A stretch of DNA of 64,000 bases. It comes from Podarcis pityusensis (lineage: Eukaryota). Shown one piece after another: positions 48,734-62,863 of this stretch (its first letter is position 1; every line of letters begins with the position of its first letter). Under the pieces are notes generated by a model. That model was not told the origin of the DNA and did no database searches. It saw nothing but the letters and a program-made list of their open reading frames with translations. The stretch lies in NCBI GenBank assembly GCA_964106645.2, contig OZ067049.1; one strand, given 5' to 3'. The translations under genes were made by a program, and so were the position numbers.

Positions 48734-50136
48734 GGCTAGGCTCATGTCAGTCGCAGCCCGCAGGCCCCTCTGGAGGCTGCAAGCTTAGCAATACTGTATG
48801 CATGGAGTAAAAAGTACAGCCAGAGGAATGATTTGGAAGCTGCAAACTGCAAATTGGCAGGGGACAAGGATGTCTGCAGAGACGAGTAAAATAAGTAGGG
48901 CCTATCAAAGGCAGCCTTTGCTGCCTGAGCCAAATGAAAAGATGATGCCTCTCTGCCCCCCCCCCCTTTCCATATGGGAAAAAACAAAACTGATCAGATT
49001 GACAGTTTGAATCTTACTTCAAAACTGACAACAGAAGTGTTTTTCCACTGCCTCTGAGGAAAACAGACTAGCTTAGGGCACCTACAGTAGGCCACAATCC
49101 CTCTAACATCTTGGGCACAGCCACACCATGACTTTAAATCTCTGTGATACCACTTTAAATAGTCAGGGCTTCCCCCAAAGAATTCTGTGCTGAGAGTTGT
49201 TGGGGGTCCCCAGTTTCCCCACAGAACTACAGTTCTCTGAGTTCCCTGTGAATTGGATCGCTGTGAGGGGAATAGGGGTCTCCTAACAACTCTCAGCACC
49301 CTTAAAAAACTACAGCTCCCAGAAATGTTTGAGAGGAATCCATGGCTATCCAAGTGGTGTCAGATAGATTTAAATGTATGGTGTGTGTGTGTGCCTGCTC
49401 ACCACCATTTTATATTGGCCATCCAAATCAGTATGAATGTTCATTGCAATATAACCAGTGCTTTTCTTCTAGGGAAAAAAGTGCCGGTACTGTGTACCCT
49501 TGAGTACCCCCGGAAAAAAGCACTGCATTCATCCCATAAACAAATCAGAATGAATGCTCAGTAAACACTGGGTGTAGTATAAACACTGTGAAAGCTTTGC
49601 ACGCTCAAATTGGGATGAATGCTGAACAAACAGGTGGTCTGGAGGAGTCCATAGTGTATTATGTATACCCGACTGCTACTGTTTGTAACTCTTTGATGTA
49701 ACTGGATATTGGAAAACTAGAACATATAAAAGGAGTATGAGATATATCATGATGATGTTTTTCAGTGTATGTGCAGTGACCCAAAGAAGATCAGAACAAG
49801 CTCAGTGAGAAGCACAAACCATTTTAACCAGCAGCGAGTAAGCACACGGAATCCACACATTTTTGAAAAGAAAACTGTAGTCCGGGTAGGCTTGAGAGTG
49901 TCAAGGGAAATTGATTTTAAAACCAGATGTGGCTGAAGTACTAAGTATGAACAGTGAGCTCATATTATGTTGCTAGGTAAGGAGTGGGGCATGTCAAGCA
50001 CGAGGGAAGCCTTTCTAACTGGCTTTTCTCTCTTCAGGTCGTGTCCCTCACAGGCCTTCCTTGAATGCTTTTGTCAGCCTGGAATGTGTCCTTAAAATGT
50101 GATAATACATATTGCTTTCCTGAATGGAAGGTGAAG

Positions 50137-50138
<2 letters not shown>

Positions 50139-50172
<34 letters not shown>
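50139..50172. repeat. (GT)n microsatellite
   Basis: Read directly. Confidence 0.95.
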
Positions 50173-50173
<1 letters not shown>

Positions 50174-50898
50174 CAAACCTCTGGCCTTTACAGGGATGGA
50201 ATGTAGTCTACTGTACAAAGGAAAGTCATATCCACTGCTGTACCCATTTTTGTCTCTGGTCTCTCCTTCCACTGGCATGCGGCCTCCAGAAAGTTGCTTA
50301 TGAGGGATGCAGGCCTCAGGCTGAAAAAGGCTCCCTCCTGCTGAAAGTCACGCAGCTTTCAGTTAGTTAAACATTTAACTGTGTGGGATGAAATCGTACA
50401 TGGGAGTTTTACATACAGTGCCTTGGCTAGGATAGTCTACTTATTCATGTCAATTGCTACAGTTCCACTGACTCATATCTAATGGTTTGCATTAGCTGCA
50501 GCAGCACAAAGACGTGAGCTGTTGCACATGAAATAAGCTTGGCACATGAAAACAACTGTCAGGCTCTGCCTGCTTGCAATTGAAAAGCATTAGCTGGCAA
50601 TTATTTCTCCACACGTTGCACCGAGAATCTCAAGTTTAACCTTTCCATCTTTAAGATTTTTCTCAGGAGGCTGTGAATAACTCTCACAAGGAGACACATG
50701 CCGGCTTTGTGTCCTCCCCATTGTACCCCATGCACTGTTGAATTAGTGCAGAGGCTCATAGGGTCACTCACTTCATTTGTTTACACAAGATGAGCACCAG
50801 GCTCACAATTTTTAAAGTGGTGCTCACCCTTGTTCAGATCATATTCTAAAATTATCTAGGTGAGGGCCAGGGAACCTGTGGTTCTCCAGATGTTTTCA

Positions 50899-51007
50899 AG
50901 TGGAGGTAGGATGGCCATCTGTCATGGATGCTTCAGTTGAGATTCCTGCATTGCAGGGGAAGGACTAGATGATCCTCTGGGGTCACTTCCAACTCTACAA
51001 TTCTATT
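50899..51007 (+). mobile_element. CR1 3' fragment nested within a MITE
   Basis: Same tail as the 17561 copy; flanks 50860-50898 and 51008-51090 rejoin into the palindromic MITE. Confidence 0.7.
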
Positions 51008-53762
51008 TTGCTGGACTATGGCTCCCATCATCCCTGACCATCAGGCATGCTGGCTGAGGCTGATGGGAATTGGAGTCCAGCAAGTTCACCATACTTGCAT
51101 CTAGATTCTGGTGTTTCCCCCCCCCCCCCCAGCTGTCAGGAAATTTCTCTGATTTATTTTAAGAGATACTATGTTGAAGACCACATTTATATTACATTGC
51201 TTTTAGTTTAGACAGATTGCACTAAAGTTGATAGGGAGCATCTACTAGTGAAAAATAACAATAATAATAAATCACAGGAACCAGGTGATGTTAATCTGTT
51301 TTTTTTTAAAACACCATATCATTGTACACCAAGGCTTTTATAAATTCACAGGTATTTCAGATTTTAAAACAGCATCCCTTACAAAAAGATGTCTCTCAGA
51401 ATATGATGAGTCCCTGCTGCATTGCAGAGTTACAGGAAATTATTCAGGGCATCAAGTTCAAAGTACACTTAATATTTGTTTGAGAATGACCCAAAAACTC
51501 CCATTTTGACACTTGCTAGTTTAACACCCCCCCTTAATTTACAATGATTAGTATCTTGGTAAAGAATATCACAAAAATAAAGATAAAGCCATTTAACAGC
51601 AAATCTCACCATAATATGTTCCCCCAACCATTCGCCTATACAAGGATACACATAATGAATCAATATTTTGGTAGGCATGAACTCTTGCAACTAAGCCTAA
51701 ACCATGAAAACGGTACTTTTGAAATACAGACTTTTATATCCAGATGCCAATATTTACTTCTAACTCTGTGGCTTTCATTTATGGTTCAACAATTAGGTTG
51801 CCAGCATTTTAATCAGCGGCTTGATCTACAAGCATTAGCCAGTGATAATGTTCATCTCAGTGATGAGAAAGGGGTCATTTGCTGTTTTCAGCAAATAATG
51901 CCACTAATAAAGAAACGGGAGCAGGCTAGTCAAAGCTTTTGTGGTAAGCTGGCAATCCTATCAATAAACACAGAATACTTTGTAAGCCATAGTTAAGAGA
52001 ACATAACAAGAGCCTGGTGGATCAGGCCAGTGGCCCATTTAGTCCAGCATCCTTTTCCCACAGGTGCCTGTGGGAAGCCTGTAAGCAGGATCCAAGCACA
52101 ACGGCCCTTTCTCCTTCTGTTACAAAAACCTTTATGTACAATGATACCTAAGGCTTACTCTAACGACAAGAAATCAGTGAAACGGCTTTAGGTATCCGTC
52201 ACTGACTAGTTTCTAGTGACAATGTCAAACCAAAACACAGAAAATAAATCAAGCTCTTTTCTTCTAATTTTAATTTCCAGCACGATCCTTTTCCACTCTA
52301 CTGTTCTACATGTACATTTCGCTTTACCAAAACTTTCAAGTTTACATACATTTTAAAAAAACAAAACAAACAAATGAGACCTAAAAAATACTACGTCCAA
52401 TAAGCTTTCTCTCTTCAGTTGCAAAATGCAAATATTATACTATGCGGCTCACTCAGATTATGTACTTTATATCCTGTCTAACATTTAGTCCCTACAATCA
52501 GATTAGCAGCTTGCATATCTAAAACATTTTAAGGCAACCTATATTGTAAAAGCACAGACCTTCTACACTTGCAGCTACTGACACATTCTCTAAAAAGGCT
52601 AGTAATATACTACACTTGTTTTTTACTCTGAGAAGCCAATAGTAGTATCCGTTTTAGTATAGAAAAGCACACATCAATTAAAATAGTAATCATTTACATT
52701 GCAGATAAAATAACTTGGATATAAATGTCCATCTTTTCAACAAATGTTGACCCCAACAATTGGGTCCAAGTGCTGTTACTAACCATGTGTCCTCACTGCA
52801 TCAGTCAGTTACGAACCAGGAACCTGAGACTGCAAACACTCCCTTGCAATTGTAAACACACTTATTCCCAAGTAAATCTCATTGGTTTCAATGGAAGATG
52901 TTGAACAGCAACTATGCTTAGGGTCGAGACCCTGAAACTGTCGTCTTGAAATGACTTGCACTGCAATGATCCTGTAGAAAAGTCAGTTGACTTCAAGAAA
53001 TGTAAATGAAACTACTCGGGGATAAATGGGTTGAAGATTGATATTTTATTCTATTCTTGTAACAGCCCAAGCCAGCTGAGCTAGAGGAATTGACTTTAGT
53101 AGGATGATTTGTAGCCCCGTCACCAATATTTGCACTGGCATATCTGTCTGCAAAAATGGATACAGCTGCATTTTGTATCATGGTACTTGGGATGCTCAAT
53201 CAACAAGATTTATTTGGAACAGTAAGTTTTAGGATCACTCCATTAGTCTAACTGAAGCATGGGAACTCTACATGCACACATACTCTTATCAGTATGGGAT
53301 AATAGGATAGCCCAGTGCTGCTCCCATCTATTCAAGTGAATGGGGGGATCCATTTACATGGGAGCTCTGCTTACACATCTGAGCACCCAGAGTTTAGAAC
53401 CAGGGGACACGGTCCATAATCTAAAGACCTGCGTGTGCAGAACCTTCCCGTTCTCTTCCATGAAGGGATCCATGCATGGACAGGAGATTCTTGTCGTGTA
53501 CAGAGTGATCTCCTTGTGCTTAGATGTGAAACTCCATGACCATGACGTTCTAGACTTCCATTAGAACCATTGGATTAAGGCTATTGCATAGAAGTTAAAT
53601 CCCACTGATTACGATGGAGCTGTACTTGAGACCACAGCTGAAACCAACTGAAACATTTAGCTTAACTGCAGGCTACAAATTATACCGCCCTTGTATATTT
53701 GCATGTTCAGGCCCTAGGACTGAAGGAATATTAACTTGTGAGGAAATAAAAATACATGACTA

Positions 53763-53800
<38 letters not shown>
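53763..53800. repeat. (AAT)n microsatellite
   Basis: Read directly. Confidence 0.95.
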
Positions 53801-53801
<1 letters not shown>

Positions 53802-54684
53802 TACTCAATGGCACATGTACAAATGAAAACGTGTTTTGATTCTAAGAGAATGCACCATATTCCCCACATTCTGGATTTCAAGTTATAAAACAGGTCTTTG
53901 AAGCGATGATTTTTACATATATATATATAATATTATATGAATGCTCAGGTTCTCAGGAGGGCAAATTCTGCCCCAGGCACCAACCTTCTGTGTTTACACA
54001 GTGAACCCACAGACACACAGCCTTTCACACAACTCTCTTTAACAGGAGGGGGGATATTATAACAGGGTCTAAACAGCAGGCGGCTGAGGTGGAATGCAGG
54101 TGTTCCCCACCATATACGCTATTCTGACATCAATATGTGGCAAAAGCAAAGGTGTAATGGCTGAAGGGGAAGGCATTTTAGGTAGACCACTACAATATGG
54201 CGTTGAGGGACACAGTGTGAGATGCAGAGTCAAGGAGAACAGATTATTACCGATGGCTCTTCAGGAAGGACACGCCAAATATGTGGAGAAAATGGGGGCC
54301 TCAGTTGGTATTTGATCTTGCTAAGGTGAACACATCATTCAAAAATAAAAAGCAGTACTGGATCAGAAGAATAAAAAGTGGAGAAACTGTGACCTTCCAC
54401 ATGTTGCTGGACAAATGCGAGTTGGAGCCTGACAACATCTGGAGAGCAACCCCTGTCCTAGTAGATCTAAAGAGCATGGGAAAATGCAAGCCCCCCGCCA
54501 TATAAATTCAGCCCTCCTGAATGGTACTATGTGATTACCAGTCAGTGGCAACAGGATTTGTAAGGAGGCCACTTTGCAGGGTGGCGAGTCATGGTCGTGG
54601 CCTCTCTGCTGCTGACTCCACCGTCAAAGTGGCTTAGGCAGGGCTTTAAGTGCTTTCCTTTTTAGCTAGGAGAACAATTTGTTG

Positions 54685-54870
54685 GGAACTTACAAAGGTG
54701 CCTTATTCTGCTTCAGACCATTAGCCCATCTAGCTCAGGATGGTCTACTCTGGCAGGCAGCTGCTCAGGCAGACTCTTTCTTGTTCAACCACCTACGGTT
54801 CTTTCAAATGAAGATACCCGAGACTGAATTTGAGACCTTCTGCATGCAATGTGTTGCCTCTACTGCTGCA
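54685..54870 (-). mobile_element. Related SINE in the opposite orientation
   Basis: CCTTATTCTGCTTCAGACCATTAGCCCATCTAGCTCAG approximates the reverse complement of the family 3' half. Confidence 0.65.
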
Positions 54871-56238
54871 CCAATACTCATTTTGCTGTATATCAGAACC
54901 TACCAGGGTATACTGTTAGCATCTGGGCTCTGAACAAGGTGTGGAGGGGTGGGAGCCTCTGGCCCTCCAGATATTGTTGCACTTGAACTCCAATCAGTCC
55001 CAGCCAGCATGGCCAATAGTTAGGAAAGCAACATCTGGAGGGTGACAGGTTCCTTTCCCTCGCTCCAGGGAAAACAGGATTTCCTCCTGCAAATGCAAAA
55101 ACCAGGTTAATGAGAGAACTGAACACCTTATGTGTTTCAGGTTTGACCTGAAATGGCTTTGGACAAGCTCATTCTAAAGTGCCTTATGAAAACGCTTGAA
55201 ATGCTGAACAGCACCAGTCAAGACTATTCATTGGTATCTTCCATTAACTTATACATTGTGCTAGACACAGTGCAAGTAGGTTTAAAAACATAACCTACAG
55301 GTGAGCCTAATCATGCTTACTCCCAGGTGAGGGAGGGTTAGAACTGCAGCCTTAATCTAGGATGCCATTATGCTTTTACAGCGAGGAAAAACGAACCACT
55401 CTGTATGAAAGTTCCAACACACAAATTGTATTAATATGGAAGTGTCCCTGGGTTTTGATTCCATGTTGTGAAATACTTTTAAAGTTATCATGTCGCACCG
55501 TGCAAGAAAGGTAAATTGCTATGGAATTACTATTGTTACTAGATCCAGAGCTTATATAAAAAAATAGTTTGAACAAGTCATGCCCATGGATTCAGTCTCT
55601 TTTTACCATACGGTTTTTGCATTTATTGTCTTAGAAATACAGCTGCTCTGCAGGTTCTTAGGCAGACTCTTTCCTTGTTCAACCACCTATGATTCTTTCA
55701 AATGAAGATACCCAAGACTGAATTTGGGACCTTCTGCATGCAGTACAGAAATACAGTCTTTTTCCCATTAGCACCACAATTTCCCATAGCCTTAGCATCC
55801 GTTAATCATTAGCTTTCAAAACGTACTAAAATCCTGCTCTATCCTAATGAAGGTTTACCCAAGGTTTTTGCTTACTTGGCTACTTTTAAGTTTTTATAAA
55901 TGAGTTCCTCCAAAGTTATATGGAGTTCTTGTACGCTTGCTTGGACATGCATGGCTCCCCTCGCTCCTACTTTACCTCTTCTGCTAATTGTCAAGAATTA
56001 ACTGAACTCATTTCCCAAAGTGTGCATTGGTGCCCCTTGTGGCCACCCATTGGAAGTGATAGAAATCATGTTTGGAGACACAGCACCCCTCTGCTTGCAA
56101 GAGATGCCGTATGTATCGAGCTAACTGCTGGATAAATCCCCTCGAGGAAAAGCAACCCAAATGCATTGGGAACAAGTGATTAAGTAATAAATGCAGCTTG
56201 TCTGCACAATACCTTGTGTGTTTCTCATTATTGTACTT

Positions 56239-56414
56239 GGGGAAGGGCTATAGCTCAGTGGTGGAGCGTCTGCTTTGTTCCAGTCCCCAGCGTCTCCCAA
56301 GGATGGCTGGAACAGACCGTTGTCTGAAATGCATAAAGGCACTGCTGAGTCAGTGTAGGCAATACAGAGCTGGCTGCACCAATGGTCTGACTCAGTATAA
56401 GGCAGCTGTCCATG
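56239..56414 (+). mobile_element. tRNA-derived SINE (Squam2-like) in CDK6 3'UTR region
   Basis: GGGGAAGGGCTATAGCTCAGTGG A-box..AATGGTCTGACTCAGTATAAGGCAGCT. Confidence 0.75.
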
Positions 56415-59400
56415 CTGGTGACCCTCCTTTCCTTGCTCTTGTGGTGAGCCAATTTTTCTCTTCCAAGGTTCCAGCATGGGTCCTTGCAGGCAGCCCATCA
56501 GTTCCTCCTAACCCTCATTGCTTTCAGTTGCTTCCTGGTCAGGGCTCTCTTTGATGTGACAACAACCAAATTCTGGCTCTGCTATGTGGCTTTGTAGCTC
56601 TCCTCCTAAAGCAATTTTTGTCACTATTCTTGGGTCTCTCTGCCTGCCAGTCTTCTAGCTTCCTCATCTGCCTGCCTTTCTTTTTACTTGTTGCTCCTAC
56701 CCAATCTTGCCCAGTGAACTGTTCCCCAAACTATGCTCAGCTATACCTCTGCTGTGCTACATTTCTATGGCTCTTGCTTTCTACATTCTGCCTAGGCCCT
56801 CCTATGGGATTTGCCCCGGTGCACCATCACAACTCTAGCCTCGGTCATGATGGGACTTCTACTTTCATTTGCCCACATGCTTGGCTACCCATAGCTCAGT
56901 ACTAACAGGACTTGCACAATACTGTTTTTGCATAAACAGGTTATATAATTTCCCTGCACGACCTCCATGCACTTTTCTACATTATGTTGTTCACAATATA
57001 AATACTAAGAGGCGTGGCTTCGTGCTAGTGTGAGGAACATTTTTTTAAACACCCTGATCCTAAGCACAGTACTTGGAGGGGTTTCAGTGGGTTGTAGTTG
57101 TGCTTAGGATTAAAGTGCTTGACCAAATTCAGTAGCAGGAATAGCAAGTGACCACTACAGAGCAAAATCTCAAAAAAGTGTGAGGATTTACCTCTCCTGA
57201 AGTCATCACAAAGCCAGCAGTTCTCATTGATTCATAAAAGAGGACCTTTGCAATTGTCTGAACACCATTGGTTCAGAGCAAATGAATAAAAATGGCAAAA
57301 AGGTACATTGCTGGGAATTTGCAACTTAAGCATTCATGGACTAGAACCTGTAATCGGAGGGTACCCCAAGAATAGTCTTTCCCCTACATTTTGATAAAAA
57401 TGGGTTGGACAGAAGTAGCCATTTTGCGAAGAGCCCTTTGCTGACAATGAAAGCTTGGAATGTTATATGCTAGGAAACTGCTGAACCTCACTGAACTGCT
57501 GATTCTCACTGAACCACACATTTGCAAGCATTTGTGGCAATATGCTGAACAATATTATGAACAAGGGAAGTTGGCAACATTGGGCAGAATGCAGAGGGAA
57601 CGAGAAACACAAGCACAGAGTTATGTGCTAAAATCTTATTACTCACCCATTCTCTAGGTATACCTACTGTGGACAATGTTCCGTGCCTTCCAAAGCTCTG
57701 GTCTCAACATTGTATCTCTACAGATATAGAATACCTGAAATTATGTCCCAATACCAGTCAATGAAATTGAGCGGGGTGGGATGGAATTAATTAACACCCT
57801 GTCCAAAAGCAGAATATGAGAGAACATCTGACAGAAAGTACTGGTAGAGAATTTCTAATCCACATGTTGTACTAGCGAATCTCATCCAAACTTCAGTTCA
57901 AACAGAACAATACTAATTAGAAAGGTTTCACATAGCAGACACCGCAAAAGCACTGCATGCTTTTGTATTCACTTTCATTTAACACAGCAAACACAGTTAA
58001 AATGCCTAACCTTTTAAAGCATAATGTGCATTTTATGACCGGTATGTATCTATATAGAAGTCCTGATAATGTTTGTAAGTTTGCAGGGAGACGTTATCTT
58101 TTAACTAGAAGACTATCACAGCATATCTAATTATTCCACCCTTTAAAATAGGTATTGTTTCTAGCAGCCAAGAGATCTGTCCTTTGTACAAATAAAACAT
58201 TATTCTAAAACAAGTATCTCATATAAATATAGAAATGGAGCACAATACATTAGGCAACATGACAATAGATTTTGGCAAATGAAAATGCAGGTGGACAATC
58301 CAAACAAGGCTGATCTATGATACCAAACAAAGCAAAGGGCCAGTCTGTGACTTCTGCTAACCCAAGCAGCTGAACTAATTGATATGAGAGCTTCAAGGTA
58401 TTACCTTCCAATGGTGCAGAGGATGTTGGTGTACAGTACAACATATCCTAGGGCTTTATGCCTCGGATTGCACACTGCACATGCTTAAGTAGTCAGAGCC
58501 TGTGTTGACCTATCCCACCTGCATGGCAAATGGCAAGAACCATGTAGCTGATGCAATATCCCACAAAATTCATTGAATGGTCTGGGTTCACAGGGATGTC
58601 CTATCCTGCAAAGTATTTTTTTCCCCCACAGAAGACTCCTCCTGAACACCCGTTTTGGTGCTCTAGATCCCAATCCAGAGAGCTGTGTTTGGTGGGCTTG
58701 GCGTGTACAGCAAGGGCTGATTCTTTTCCATCTCATCACAACTGCCTGAAAAACTGATCCTCAGACACCAGGGAACCGTCCAATGCAGCATAAGGAAATG
58801 CTGCCTGAAGTGGAAAAAGCAAGGGGCCCCACTGGTCACCCCAAGCCCTTGTGCGTTCTAGAGGGGCTCTCTGGATTGGGGCCAAAGATTTTAACTGGAG
58901 GCAGGAGAGCTTCCTATGCAGAGGTGCCCTAAGCATTTATAGTTCCATTCCTGTGCTGAATGAACAGATATGCACAAAGTTACATATCCTAAAGCTTACA
59001 GAGGTCCATAACTTATATTTTGTGGCACCTGGTGTTGCGGGGGGGGGGGGGGAGAGACACACTTTAAAGGGGACAGTCAAACAAAAATATAAGCAGCTGA
59101 ATGACAGGATTAATATACCAGTAACCGGGAGTACACTGGGAAGTATGAAAAGGTTCCTTCTCTAATCAGCGACCCAGGAAACAGCTTTATACCAGGTCAG
59201 GCTATTTGTCTATTTAGCCTGCTCCCATCTGTGTTGGCTGGCAGTGCTCTCCAGAGTTGCCAGAGACTTAACCAGAGACTTTCCATATGGGAAGATCGTG
59301 CTCTGTCCCTGAGCTGTGGTGTCTCCCCAATCCTCTCCTGGGCAGCTTGGTTACACCTCAAACACGGCAGCAATTTGGGTAGATTAGAAAGAGACTGAGG

Positions 59401-61548
59401 TTGGCGACTGGTCACGCAAGGTGCTTTTGCATCTATGAACTGTGAGATGGTGGGACCTGGCATGACCTAAAGTCATGACGTCGCTCTGCCCTGTGACTAC
59501 CATAAATCAACTATCAGCAGGTTAAGTTTTAGTGACATGCTGTTATGGGTACTATGACAAATGGTTGATTTCAGCTTCTGGAAATTAACTTTTAGATGTG
59601 TTGTTAAGTGGCAGAAAACTTTCATAGCATAGCATTCTTTTTTTTTACAGTGCACCCCCAATAGTCCTTCCCAGATGCAGGTGTACTTCAATTACGGAAA
59701 AATTACAGGTCCTGGAAAGTGCTAATTTAGGCTGTATGCAGATAACATTTTTTTCAGAGATAAGAAAAACAGTATCATAGAAATAGTGGCATTGATTGAT
59801 TTTTGTAAAAGGTCTTTTGATCATAGACCTTTGGCTTATAGGAACATAAAAAAGGGATGCTTCCTTCAAAATTCTGGAAATGTGCACCACCTAGTGGCAG
59901 CACTCAGAATAATTCCACACCTCGCCAATTGCATCAGTGGGGCATATGAAAGGATAGTTTGGTCCTGTGAGCTTAATTTTTTATAGTTCTGAATGCCATC
60001 TGTATGGGGCAGGGTGTGATCAGGCCTACAGTGGGGATTTTTTTTACCCCTTTACTCTTGCAATGTGATATTGAGTAAAATCAAAACCCCACCACACAGT
60101 TGTTGTTTGTGTCAATGGCACCGTCCCTTGTGCCCGAAAAAGCAACGGGGGCCGGGAGGGCAATTTTAGTCAGGATCACACCATGGGATGTTGGTGGTAG
60201 AAAAGGGTCATCCCCTCCCCTTGCTCTGACTGGGCATCTACGTGCCCACTACTTAAAAGACTAGGAAAATTAAGCATGCAAAGTGAAGCTACACACTGCA
60301 CCTAAAGCAAACCTTTTGTGCCATGCGATGCTCAGGGCACACCCAAAAGAAAGCTTTCACTATACTTCATTTGAGGCTTTAGGGCAAAGGATGAGCAGCA
60401 GCACCTGGGGGGAAAGTCCACCGCGTTGGAGAACTTTTGCACACCAACATCCTTCCATTTCCCTGCTGCTGCATGGAGAATGCACCAGAAAATGTTGAAG
60501 GAATCTCCTACAAGTGAACATGCAAGGACAAAAGAGAGTGGCTGATACAGTTCAGGGCCAAATTACAAGTGACCTTACCAGCATAGTTCTGCCCTTGAGT
60601 ATAGGTCCTCATTTCCAGTGCTGGCCTCCCTATTCTGATTGGCAACCAAGCATGGGGCTAGTGGGCTTTAACCCTATGTGCTCTCATTCTGATCTGGAAG
60701 GGGCTTCCCTGCACTTGTAATTTGCATTACAAAGAAAGGTCCCATTTAAACAGATTTGGTGTTTGTGTGTGGGGGGGGGAAGAGCCCCACTCCAGATTGG
60801 TAATGCAAAGGGTTAAAGCCACCTGTCCCCATGCTAGGGGTCTAATACTGGTCAGCCTGTCCCCTGGGAGAAAATTGCACCCAAGGACAGAACTACCCAA
60901 TTGTCCCATAGAGTTCGACCCCCAGTAAATTGAAACGACAAAAACAAAAACAAAAGGATGGGTTAGCACAGCAATAATTATTGTGTGTGTTAACAGTACT
61001 AGCCATCAGTTATTTCCAACAGCACCTATCCCTCTGGTTGTTGCTGTTGTTACAGCTGTAACACATTTGGGCAGTATTTCCCTAGAGTTACATCTGGATC
61101 ACTACAGTAGAACCAGGCTAGGAGTACATCTTTCTCTCGTGGATTAAAAATATTTCATCAAAACCATACTACAAAAATAAATTTTCTTTTTAAAATTCTA
61201 TTTTTTTTAAAAAACAAAAACCCTTAAAACTAAAATATATACAAAATTTAATGTAACATTTAAAGTATCTGTGATAAGGCAGCTAGGTGAATTACTGAAT
61301 AAAGCTGGCTGGCATGTTTGGCAGAGAAAGCAGAGCAAAGCGATCAATCTAAACGGTGATTCAGAAGGGCTCCTCCTGCTTCACGGTGTAGAAAAATAAA
61401 ATATCCTAAATTACATGAAATGTAAAGGATCTGAGGTTGATATGCAGGGACAATTCATGCACTCCAGTGCCTGAGGTTTATTGTGGGTGGGGCGTTCAGT
61501 GTTTGTATGTTAAGCAATGCTGTAGCGAGCACTTGCCTCCTAACAACA

Positions 61549-61723
61549 CAATCCTATGCATGCTTCCTCGGAAGTCAGTCCTATTGTGCTCACTGTAGCT
61601 TACTCCCAGGAAAAAGCACACAGGACTGCATCCTTGCACTATAACCCTATACCTGTCAGTTCAAAAGTAAGTCCCATTGAGTTCAATGAATCTTACTTCC
61701 AGGTAAGTGACAATAGGATTGTG
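61549..61723. repeat. Two adjacent short palindromic squamate elements (~85 bp each)
   Basis: CAATCCTATGCA..AAGTCCCATTGAGTTCAATG..CTTACTCCCAGG..TAGGATTG; relics also near 8450, 26990, 31360, 42110, 52850. Confidence 0.6.
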
Positions 61724-62716
61724 AAGTCAGATTTGTTCTCCAAAGACAGGGAAAACATTTCAGCATGTGCTTTTCATTGTTCGCTGAAAATAATATGGAG
61801 GTAATACTAAAGGAACACTTGGTTTTTCGTATACCCATTTAAACATGTTAACTGGGCATGATAGATGTTGGAAATGTATCACTGCTGAAGATGTACAGCA
61901 GTATCATGAAAGGATGAATAAAGAAGTTACACTTTGCGATGACTGACATAATAACGTCAGCAGACTAGAGAAGTGATCCTTACATTCTTTTTTTTTAAAG
62001 AAACCCCACTTTTTCCCTTTTCCATATGTGCACAATCTTGTTAATAATACCCTTGTGCATTAAGCTAGAGACACAAGTTATTATGAGTAGCAACAAAATG
62101 CTGTAATTATCATCTCATGTTTCCTATCAGGGAAGGACATTCCTGTGTGATTACAATAGCCAGATGTGTTTGTACACATTTCTCTTAACTGCAGGCTGTA
62201 TAGAGGTTCAGTATTTTCAATGTCATTCTTTCAAATATTGCTTTTAAGGAAGTAATTTTCTGAAATCATTTTTTTAAGCAAAGCAAACAGACTATCACCG
62301 TTAACTCCAAAGGAGTACCAAATCAGACTTCAGCACCTAGACACCGAGGTTAAGTCAGGTTTTGGTAGTGAGACTGGATTTCTCTAATCCACGACGGCAC
62401 CATTCAATGTAAGGAAGAAGAAAATGGCAGCAAAAACTGGTCAGCAGCTTCTCTTCACCTGGTGATCCTCAGGTCAACTAAACAAACATCAAGCCACAGA
62501 GGGAGTCATTGGAAACCTTGACTCTTGCATTTGCTTTGATGAAGGCAACTTGGTCATTTTCCGAGGACAAGCAGGTCATCATCCCGAAAAAGCACTCAGA
62601 CAACGCATAGAGCCTCTGGGGAATAACCTTCAGTCAGACAGCTATGGTTTTTTTACCCTCAACGGTGACCTTATCATCTACATTTTGTTCATCTGTAAGT
62701 TGGACCTCAAGCAGCC

Positions 62717-62863
62717 TTATGGTGTAGTCATCTCAGTGGAGTTTTGAAGGGATGACAAATCAGAGTCTGTATTCTCCTTGCATTTCTCCAGATCATGAAA
62801 ATAAGGGTGAGATAAGGCATCGTAAGCTGATATTCTCTTTGTGGGGTTGAATGCCAAACATTT
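62717..62863 (-). CDS. CDK6: CDK6 terminal coding exon (147 nt)
   Basis: atacag|AAA TGT TTG..ACA CCA TAA. Confidence 0.95.
   Translation of the reverse strand, partial: KCLAFNPTKRISAYDALSHPYFHDLEKCKENTDSDLSSLQNSTEMTTP

Larger units (their letters stand above)
51135..62716 (-). other. CDK6: Probable very long CDK6 3'UTR (~11.5 kb)
   Basis: No exons of another gene in the interval; AT-rich blocks; distal AATAAA(-) at 51153-51158; mammalian CDK6 has a ~10-kb 3'UTR. The end point is inferred. Confidence 0.6.

Noticed and set aside
51544-51996. 150-aa + strand ORF
   Set aside because: Antisense to the inferred CDK6 3'UTR, with no motif or splice context
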